DNA from: Bilabrum cf. latius
Taxonomy: Eukaryota
Direction: 5' to 3'
Length of the DNA: 64,000 bases
Assembly (NCBI GenBank): GCA_965178125.1
Contig: OZ237763.1
Coordinates: 372,001 to 436,000, forward strand
Shown here piece by piece: positions 13,074 to 22,128 of the stretch. Within the stretch, counting starts at the first letter, position 1; each line of letters opens with the position of its first letter. Below the pieces are notes generated by a model. It saw only the letters and a program-made list of their open reading frames with translations, had not been told where the DNA came from and ran no database searches. Position numbers and translations under genes: made by a program.

Positions 13074-13596
13074 TTGATAGTACCAATGGCTGTTTTTATG
13101 GTTGCAGGAAATGAGCTGAGCACAACGGCACACCGCGGAGTGATCCCGTCCGGAGTCGCAATCTTGATCGCTGGATCGGATCTTGCTGATACCAGCAGGC
13201 GCGGCGGATCTTGCACGATGCACTTTGAGATTCCTTGGTTAGAAGCAGCCTCCTGCTTCTTTTTTGTACGTCTTCTGCCATGGTCGAGTCGGCGCCTCAT
13301 CGCCGTTTCAGTGTGCTCCTCGGCTGTTGGCTCTCCTTCTCTCGTCGTACTGAATCGACGGGCAGTTTTCCGTTTTGTCCGTTACAAGCGCATAATATGG
13401 ATTGATAGTAAAGCACTGTTTACTCCTGTTGGTGATTCGGCACTCTTTTGCAATCGCTCAGCAAGGGAGCCGTAATACTGTGCTCGACAAAAAGAGTCGT
13501 GGAGTTGTACGAATGTACAGCAAGCAATGCCCGGGTGCGCAGCAAGCACTACATGAGAATGTAATGTGTAGCTAAGAAGACCTGCATTGGGGTAGA

Positions 13597-14695
13597 TCAA
13601 GCGTGAATGGCAACAAGCAGGCCTCCAACCAGAATAGCAATCGTTGCGTGCCAATCACTGGCAGCACGACGTGACCCATCGCCTCGATCACCAAACTCTA
13701 CAGTCGATTGTACATAAGATAATTTGCTGTATGATGCCCTGTTGGTGTCTAGCAGCTGTCTGAACGCCTCAACGTGGCCAGCAGCTTTCGCCTCCTTCTC
13801 GGACACGGTGGGCTGGCTCGTCGCCGCGAAGACAAGCCCTCCTTCCGTTGCAGATACAATGCACATGAATCCAATCAATTGTCCGTTAAGCAGCGCTGGC
13901 CCAACAGCAAATGTAACTCTCTTTGTGTAGCCGATGTCGATGGGAGTTGCTGAGTCGCTGATTTCAATCGAAAGCGACGCCCCACCAAGCAGAGTGCCAG
14001 TCCAGTACCCCCTTGAAACGCAGAATGGCTCACTATTGTCGCGAGAGGCGTAGCATCCGGGGTAGGCAGCAACATAGGAGTCCGGGCTGCTGGTCCATTC
14101 GATGGCCGGCGGGTTGTCTGCATTTGTTCCGGCGTTGCCTAGCGGCGCCTCATTCGGGTGGTCGACGCGGCGATTCGCCTCGTCTGCATGCAAAAGCTAG
14201 ATCATGACAGTGTGTGCTATTTACTATGCTGGATGCTTCGAAGGCGGGCGTGATGGCGATGCGAAGCTGCTGGGTTGTGCGTGTCGACAGCGCGATTTGG
14301 ACACCTTCCGTCTCAGCGCCACCGGAGCGGCGATAGATTCGAATCATCGGCGAACCAGTAGTTTCTTGCAATAACATATAAAGGACATGATCATCAATGT
14401 CATGGGATGAGCTTGTGTCAGTGCTCCGCGCATTCATAGGCCATAGTTCTGCGCTTCGGCCGACCCCACCGGGCCTACCAGTAGCTGCAATCAAGCCCTA
14501 CAGTCATGTAAACATTGACGAGTACACTCACCTACGATATAAGTAGTCTTTCTGGAAGGAGCAGCGGGCTTGGCCTCCGCGACGGCCTGATTTCTGGTAG
14601 CGTGCCCTTCCCGAGGCGCGGTCGCTGCACTGGCCGGACGCTGCTGGCAGAACCCAACAAGAATAACAAGAATAACATGCAATGCACAAGCCATG
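13597..14695 (-). CDS. Divergent third paralog of the surface protein family (exon structure partly unresolved)
   Basis: WTSSPDSYVAAYPG...FCV...FAVGPALLNGQLIGFM...LLDTNRASY aligns with paralogs A and B; hydrophobic C-terminus. An upstream signal-peptide exon (MACALHVILVILVGF) has a GTGAGT donor near 14530. Confidence 0.55.
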
Positions 14696-14893
14696 GCGAG
14701 TTGCTCGGGTAAAATGGTACAAACTGTCAAATAGAATCGCCCGAATAAAGGACGAGGGATCTGCGGATCGTTTTGCTCCGGATAGATCCGAATGCATGAC
14801 CAAGATCGGAACAGCTGACTGGGCAGAAACCCTCGTCGAAAATGGGAAACCCAGAGACACTTCGAATCGAAGACTCGATCACCCCCCGCTGCA

Positions 14894-16202
14894 TCAGCGG
14901 GCCGCATTTTCCCACCCAGGCAGGGCTGCCATCCCGAGCGACTCCCTTGCCTCCCATAGCTCATCCTTGAGCTCGACACCCCAACCGGGGCCCGAGGGGA
15001 ATGCCACGCTTCCGTTGCGCAGATCAAAGGAGTACTTCTTGAAGATGTCCACGCTGGGAGCGCCATTGTCCACGCAGTTGAACTCCATCACGTCGGCAGC
15101 CGCAGTTGTGCTGTGCAGCAGGTGCATCGTGACTATGTTGTTCATCCCTGGCTACGGGGAGTGGGGCTCCACGGTGATGCCACCTACGTTCTCTGCATAC
15201 CTAGCCACGTCCAGCATCTGAGAGAATCCTCCAGAGTAGCCTGCGTCTGGCTGCACGAATGTCACTGCCTTTGTTCTCATGGCATACTTGAATAGGAAGG
15301 GGCGGTACTCCTGCTCGCCGGCTGCCACAGGTATGACCCCCATGGAGTTCAGCTTTTCGTCTTCGTCGTACAGCCAAAATACCACCGGCTCTTCAAAGAA
15401 ATGGAAATTGTTCTTGGCTATCAGCTTGGCTGTGGGCAGCGCGTGCTCCGCTGTCGTGTAGGCTCCATTGGCGTCGGCCATGAGCCGCGCCTGCGGCACC
15501 GCAGCTCGCACGGCCTCTACTACCTCCTCCGTGCGATTGGGCCACTAGTCTGTGTTGTTGCCCATCCGCTTCCCCACCTTGATCTTGAACGTGTCGATGC
15601 CGTACTTGCTCGCCGCCTCTGAGACCTTCTTGGCCAGCTGCTCGCCCGTGAGAGTTCTCGACAGGCTCGAGCCGTACACCCTCATGCGCCCGTTGGAAGG
15701 AACACTACCACCGGCCAGTTCCGCCACGGGCTTCCCCGCTCTCTTGCCAGCAAGATCCCAGAGAGCTTGGTCCAATCCGGCGATGGAGCGACTGAGCATC
15801 GCACCCGTTGTCTTGTAAAGCTCGTTCGGGTGCTGACTGTACGTTCTGAGATAATCCTACACGTACGGTGGATACGTTGGATCAACTCCGAGTGCGGCAG
15901 GCGCGATCGCCTGCTGGAAAAACTGAGCGATGTCGGCGGATTCGTTGTTCGTATCGCCGTACGAGGCTTGACCAAAGCCTGATAGGCCATCATCCGACCA
16001 CACTTGCACGTATGGTCTCTGCAATGCAGAATAAAGCGATAAATGCGCGATTTATTGTGAACACTGGAATGCAGATCCGACGATTGCTTGCAGCACGTGT
16101 GCCAGACTGCCTCACACCCTCCACTAAGAAAGACTCTAGCTTTGTTATCTTCAAGGCAGAAACATATGACAAGCAAGCAAGCATTCCAATGGTACCGTGC
16201 AT
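14894..16202 (-). CDS. Mandelate racemase/muconate lactonizing enzyme (enolase superfamily) protein, about 403 aa; intron 16019-16115; 3 TAG=Gln
   Basis: IAGLDQALWDLAGK, KIKVG, LMADANG, FFEEP, AAGEQ, VQPD and EPH motifs. TAGs at 15857, 15545 and 15152 are in frame; ends TGA. Confidence 0.88.
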
Positions 16203-16245
16203 GGTGCGACGTTCTGGTGCTGCGCTTGCGCTTGTAGTTGCACTT

Positions 16246-17378
16246 CATGCGGATCTACAGAAATACAGAAATACAGAAATACATTGTTGGGTAAAGATTC
16301 CACAAGCACCCAGATGCACCGTTGCCCCCGAAGGAGTTCGAGTGATCACCTGAATCCAGAGGAGTCCTCAAACAAGGACTACAAGACCCCCGACCCTTTC
16401 AGGCCAAAGGCCCCCCAATCTCAGCCTACACCGCCGAGTCCCCTTTATTCGCCATCAATGTGGTCCCCCACAAGCCCTCAGCCTGATGCCTTCACAGGGA
16501 GAAAGCATACAGGTGCGGAGCATGTGCCCGGCACAAAGCGCGGTCCAGTCCCACATCAGGGTCCCCTGCCGAGACCCACCATTTCCTCCTCCATGACCGT
16601 CTCTGCGTCTCACGGTCCTTCAGAGAGGCTAGCATGCACGCGCTCATGCCTTTGGCCCATTGCCTCTCTATGTCCCTTAGCAAGCCGTGGGGCTTAAACA
16701 TCCGTCGCTGTAGCCGAGCGTTCGCATTGGTTGCCGCTATCAGCTCTTGCGTGGCCGTGGCGGCAAGAGCAGCCGCCGCATCGCCTCGCATCCACTGCCT
16801 GCACGTCAGCTACTCCTGCTAGCGCAGCTGGTTCCTGATCACCTGCACCACTCGGTTGGCCAGCTCCTTGACAGCTGTCCGTTCCGATGACCGCGCAATC
16901 GTACGCTCTATCCGAGTGAGTGCGTCTTCGACGATTGGCTTGGCCCTGCTGGTGCGCTCCAGCTTCTCGTCCCAAGGGTCCTGAGCGAGAGCTGTCTTCG
17001 CCCATGCTTTCCGGAGAGAGGCAGGGGACCTCCCTCTATTCTGATCCGCATCATCGGGTTGCCACGGTCTCGTTCCGGCATGATGGTCATGCTCGGCCCG
17101 CTCCATCTGCTCTACCGCGGTGCCCATCACTTGAAGGTTGGGCGTGCCCTGTTGTGGGTATTGTCCAGCTCGGATGCGCAGAATTCGTCTTCCTTGGTGG
17201 CCGTATTCCTGCACCACCGCTGCTGTTGGCATGGCTCCTGGTCCGAAGGCATACCGTCCCTTCGTTGCGTACCGGTTAAGCATGACCACTCCGAGCGCAG
17301 CTCTCTCCCGGTCCCAATCCGACAGTGCCGGATCGTGCGAGCATGCGGATCTATACAGAAATACATTGTTGGGTAAAG
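16246..17378 (-). mobile_element. Candidate 5'-truncated retroelement remnant (LINE-like) bounded by direct repeats
   Basis: CATGCGGATCT..ACAGAAATACATTGTTGGGTAAAG occurs at 16246-16296 (with ACAGAAAT x3) and 17342-17378. Between them a minus-strand frame runs to TGA at 16492 through two TAGs (16819, 16810). Confidence 0.4.
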
Positions 17379-17471
17379 GATCTTGCGTCGCAAGTGGTTG
17401 CGCGCACTTATTATTGGCTACAATTAAACCAGTATTTTGAAACGAACACAAATTCCTGTATTAAGCTCACC

Positions 17472-17891
17472 ATGGCAGGTCAAAGCGCATCAGTTCCTAC
17501 GGTTACAGTATCAATAGAGTATTGGTGAGAGATTTGGATCAATTGCCGCGGTCTAACCTCGCACAATTTGCAGACACGCTATTGACACGTCACCAAGTTT
17601 CTTTGGATCCGCAGTGGCCGCTGAGGGTACGCACCCCGCGCTCGCGACTTGGCAATGCGTATATCGCGTCTTGCTGACGAAAGTGACGGCAAAGGAGCTT
17701 TCGAGGAGTCCACGACATTGGGAACTGGACGGACGGGCAGCTTTGAAGTCATCGTTGACAGCAAGTACCTGGCCTACTCCAAGCTATCCACTGGCAAGTT
17801 CCCGGATGCGGCGGAACTGGCATCGAATATTGCTGCATTTGCCACAACTGGCGAAACGCCTGATGGGTGGGCGGAGGTTGCCAGTACTTGA
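17472..17891 (+). CDS. SELENOW: Selenoprotein W-like Rdx-family protein (109 aa; intron 17525-17614; TGA 17622-17624 = Sec)
   Basis: The spliced product reads VSIEYCGRUGYAPRA...GRTGSFEVIVDSKYLAYSKLSTGKFPD, giving the CxxU motif and the GxFEV/SK...FP signatures of the SelW/Rdx family. Confidence 0.88.
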
Positions 17892-17958
17892 GCCGAGAGC
17901 TTCTGCGGCTAGTAGCAGGGTCGTGGAACCATCAGCTACACTTGCCCAGCCCCGATTT

Positions 17959-18007
17959 ACGACAGGCGGCGGCGTAATCCACGATTTGTGGATGCTGCCG
18001 GCTCGAA
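17959..18007 (+). promoter_or_regulatory. Candidate form-II SECIS element (ACGA..AA..GA) in the SelW 3' UTR
   Basis: ACGAC core, a 12-nt arm with CGGCGGCGT pairing to ATGCTGCCG, unpaired AA at 17976-17977, apical mini-stem CCAC/GTGG, and 3' CGAA; about 70 nt after the stop. Confidence 0.65.
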
Positions 18008-18263
18008 CTGATTGTCAATGTGACTCTGAGCGTGGTCCCGGTTTCGCGAGCGGGCGCCGCGCATGTCCGTCACATACAGACAAGCTCTGGGGCAGGGGCA
18101 AGTTTCTGAGAGTTGCCATATCTTGCTACATCATAATTTATCTGAAGATTAATCGCCCTTGCAACCGTTTGCATTTCAGACCTGCGCACCCTATTTCAAT
18201 TTCGAATCGTGGTCCGATATGTAGTAGCTCCGAAGGAGCGACGAAATGCTGCAGCGACGAAAA

Positions 18264-19274
18264 ATGGAGTACAAGCGGACTATATTAAAGGAAGATGCTA
18301 GAAAGGCGACGACGCAGAGATGCAGGGAGGCGCTGCGAAGGCATCGAGAACGAATGATACACCGAGCTCGAACCAGCCGGTGCAAACCAAAAGCAACACC
18401 GATATTGTCACCCCGTGCTGTTCGAGCCGTTGTAATTCGAGAGCTTATTGCAAGCGGGTATGCCCCTCCGAGTTCGGTTGGTCTTGCTGCTGGAGCGCCC
18501 TCTGGCAAGCGGCCATGGGACCAGGAGTTAGCGGATGCTATTGAGGGTATTCTTATCGAAGAGGAAGCATTCAGGCACGGCAATGGTGAAGCATGGGTTC
18601 ACGCTGGCGTAACTTCTGACGGTTTGGCTCAGAAAACGCTACGAGAGCTGGACGAAGACTCGATTGCAGTGGAGCGCCGCGCGGCCTGGCTGAGCAAGCG
18701 AGCAGCAGGACCGTCGCAATCACCAGCCGCCCCGCCGGCAGTGCATTCAGCAGCCATGGACAGCGACGAAGCTCCCGATTTCGCCGAGGGCAGTGGGCCA
18801 TTCGCTGCGCAGTTGCCACGCGCAGGTGCTTCGGCAGGAAGATCGCCAGGAACGAGCAGAGGCAATGCCCCCTCGTCCTCGTCCTCGTCCTCGTCCTCAT
18901 CCTCATCATCCAGCAGCAGTAGCTCTAGCGGTGCGTGGGCCATCCGCGTGCCCCGTGCAGGGGCCCCAGCCTGGGGAGCCTCCAGAGGCGACGGAAAATC
19001 AGGGTTTCGTGCGGCTGCGACGGCCCCCCCGGGGTGCGTGTCTGGTTGGGGGGCTGTTGGTGCACGACCGGGAGCAGGACCTGGGCCACGGACAACAGAA
19101 AGAATTGCAGCAGGAGCAGCATCCTGGGGAGGTCACCAGCCTGCTCATGGTGGAATGGGCAGTGGTGCAAGAGCGGAAGGCGTCATGGGGGGGGTCATGG
19201 GGGGGGTTCTGGGCGGCTGCACTGGTGGGGCCCAGTCGGGGCGGGGGGCCGGCAGTGCGAAAATGGAGACGTGA
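18264..19274 (+). CDS. Hypothetical protein with an RPA-interacting protein (RPAIN/RIP)-like N-terminal helix and a low-complexity tail
   Basis: RKATTQRCREALRRHRERMIHRAR resembles the RPAIN N-terminal motif; poly-Ser and Gly-rich C-terminus; ends TGA. Confidence 0.4.
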   Translation: MEYKRTILKEDARKATTQRCREALRRHRERMIHRARTSRCKPKATPILSPRAVRAVVIRELIASGYAPPSSVGLAAGAPSGKRPWDQELADAIEGILIEEEAFRHGNGEAWVHAGVTSDGLAQKTLRELDEDSIAVERRAAWLSKRAAGPSQSPAAPPAVHSAAMDSDEAPDFAEGSGPFAAQLPRAGASAGRSPGTSRGNAPSSSSSSSSSSSSSSSSSSSGAWAIRVPRAGAPAWGASRGDGKSGFRAAATAPPGCVSGWGAVGARPGAGPGPRTTERIAAGAASWGGHQPAHGGMGSGARAEGVMGGVMGGVLGGCTGGAQSGRGAGSAKMET

Positions 19275-19473
19275 CGCCAACTATGCAAGCGCTCCGACTT
19301 GGCGGGTGTGGGGCGGAAGTGTGAATCGGGGGATTTGTCAGCTCGGGGTTGCCGAGCGTATCTCTGAATCCAGACAAAAGTCTGGGTACATAAAACTGAA
19401 CGAATTAGTCGTTGTAGAACTACAAGCATAAAACAATCAGGCCTTCGCCCTGTACCTCCCGATCGTCATAGAG

Positions 19474-21114
19474 TTAGTCATCGGCACCTGATTCAGAATC
19501 CACCCCGCCCTCCACTTCTTCTTCCTCCCTCTCTTCTTCCTCTTTGCCCCTGTCGTCTTCCTCCTTGCCCCCCTCCTCTTCCTCCACGTCCTCCCAGCCA
19601 TCGCTCTCCTCTGCAGTGCCGGTGCTGGCAGCTCCATCCCGAATGCCTTGATCTTCACTACCCGCCTCTCTGCCGGATTCATCGTCTTCTTCAGCACCAT
19701 CTTCATCATCGTCTTCTTCAGCGCCGTCTTCATCATCGTCTCCACCGTACACCCCATGGCTCCACAACGAATACAGCACAAAGTACGCCTTCTCGGCGGC
19801 AAGGGCAAAGGCTACTGCTTTGCTGGGGCCCCAGCCACACAGTTGCATGCCGTCGCTCAGCGCGATATCGCATCTAACCAATTGAACTGGTACTGTCGTC
19901 ATAGCCAATCCTCGTCCGGTCGGGGTGCTCGCACCACCCTGCAGTGCAGCCTCGGTCGCTTGAATCGCAGCATCGTGCAACGCCGCCGCTTCCGATGGCG
20001 ACGGCGGTGGCGCTGTCCCCTCCTCCCCTCTTGCACCTGCACCCGAAGCGGCAGCATCGCTGTGTTCCCCAACTTGTTCCCCGGGTGGTGGCACCAAAGC
20101 GCATGCCTCGGCGTGCGGCGCCCCAGCAGCCCCTACCGCCCTCAGCCTGGGCACTAGGGCCGGGCCTGCATCTCCTTTCCTGCCTGCGCCTGCTCCCTCT
20201 GCACCTGCCGTGCACGCCGACAGGCTCACTTCAAACTCGTCGACCTGGTCCTCCTCGCTACCATCTGTCCCCGGGTCAACCGGACAGCTGTACCGAATGG
20301 ACTCCACCCCGGGCCCGCCCTCGAACTCTCCGATGAATCCCAGGAAGCTCTCAATTACGTCGCTCTGGCGAACTCGACTGGCAGCTTGGGCCAGGTACGA
20401 TGCGACGGCCTCCCCAGCCACCGTGGCTGCAGCCAGGGCGCCGTGCCCGGTAGCAGGAGCAGGACCTAGTGAACCAACTGAGGAGGGACTGGGGTGCCTT
20501 TCCCGACGCCCTCTGCCGCGCTGTCGTTCCTTATTCCCGCCATCTTTGCGTGTTCGTCCGAACGTCCCGCTGCTCGATGAGCCCGGCAGCGCAAGGCCCC
20601 TGCCCCCGAATCTCCCAAGAATTGCCTTTGCGGCATCCTCCCCACCTCGCTGCAGAGCTCGTTTCAGCTCTCGTTTCTACCTCCGCTTGTCGGCCGCCCG
20701 CTTCTTCCTGGCAGCCCTCTTCTGTTTCTCGGCGTGTTCAACTGCAAGCTAAACCTTGTCCGAGCAATCGAATGGAAGCGAGCGGGGAGGAAGAACAATG
20801 ATCTCTGTCGCTCGTTTTCGCGCAGCTTGTTCGGGTTTGGTATCGGAACCAGCTTCTTTGGCATCACCAGCAGAGGCTGGTCCACCGGTTGCAGTCGCTG
20901 CTTTGAAGCTAACTAGATCCCCAATCTACAGACCTGCGCCCTTCACTGAGGCGATGTCTGTTCTTTTAAACGAATACCATTTGCTCTGATCATCTGGATG
21001 AGCGCACTTTTCCTGAGAATCAGCGATTGGATACACAAAGCCGCCGCCTCCCCACCCAAGGCTTACGATCGCCCCTCTTCGCTATTTATGCTTCAGCCAG
21101 GCAGCTGAAGCCAT
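19474..21114 (-). CDS. Putative RNA-binding protein: cold-shock/OB-like N-terminal domain, basic coiled region, dsRBD-like domain and acidic tail (546 aa; 4 TAG=Gln)
   Basis: Single frame from ATG 21114 through TAGs at 21082, 20926, 20749 and 20677 to TAA at 19474. RRGAIVSLGWGGGGFVYP...YSFKRTDI...GL[Q]IGDLVSF...RATEI looks CSD-like; CGWGPSKAVAFALAAEKAY resembles the dsRBD C-terminal helix motif. Confidence 0.6.
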
Positions 21115-21310
21115 CTACAGCGAGCTATTACCCAGGTAGTTGACTTACTTTGTTGCAGAACCACCACACTGCGCAGTTTATGCCTGGAAGGGTGGTACGA
21201 GAAGGAGATCAAAAGCACGCACCGTGACCGTGACTTGTGGTCAAACACTTTACTTACTCATCGATAATGCCATTGGATGCTTTTAATTCAACTCTGCAGC
21301 TTCTACGGCG

Positions 21311-21925
21311 TCACTGGCCAGACTTTTTCAAATGCAGCAGCAGCACCTCCTTGCAAAAGCCAATCTTCTCAAACTTCATTTGAGTACCCCCAGCTTTGTC
21401 AGGATGGTACTTCAACGACATCCTCCGGAAATTGGATTTGATTGCAGATTCTGACAGGTCATTTACCGGCAGTTCCAGCAAGTCAGCGCACTCCTGAATC
21501 ACGCGGCTGCGAGACGGGTGGCCGATCCCCTGCTTCGAACTGAATAGGCTGACAGCAACAGCAGACCCGACTGTTTTGCCCACCTGCATGCCACCAGCCC
21601 CAAATATTGCCATGCCAATGTCTGCACCAAGCCTGCGAAATTCTGGACTCGCTTCTGAGCCGAACATGCCCTGGGAGATAACCTCTGCGGTTCCAGCACC
21701 AACAGTGAAACCGAATGCCCCACCTGCTAGACCGCCAACAATTTGTCCAACAGATCCTCCTGTTTGGCATGCCACACCTACGCTCTACAGGTCCAGCTTG
21801 CCATCGTACCATTTCTCGAGAGCTTCGATCGATTCAGGTGTCATATCGCAACCGTCCTCGGCACTGGCAGTTGCAGCGCACACGAACAAAACTAAACATG
21901 CCGTCACCACTTTGATGATGTTCAT
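21311..21925 (-). CDS. Protein with signal peptide, glycine-zipper region and C-terminal DnaJ (J) domain (1 TAG=Gln)
   Basis: MNIIKVVTACLVLFVCAATASA signal; in-frame TAG at 21785; GxxxG helices; IKSNFRRMSLKYHPDKAGG contains the HPD motif; ends TGA. Confidence 0.8.
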
Positions 21926-22128
21926 AGCAATGCCATTCAATAGCTTCATTGATGTTAATGTCTTTTCGTGAAAATGGAGGCGTTCTTCCACCACTTGCAA
22001 AATACCGGAACCGTCGCTTCATTTGTGGGTCACCAACGTGCGGGCCACAGCCAGGACTTGCTCTTCAGGCGCAAGCAACTGCATCCCACAGGTACACTTT
22101 CCTTAGCGATTCAATTCGCACTCAGCAA

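Noticed and set aside
11561-13223. Two short Cys-rich ORFs as standalone defensin-like peptides
   Set aside because: Each has a GTGAGA donor just before its apparent stop and splices in phase to the downstream exon, so they are first exons of the surface proteins.
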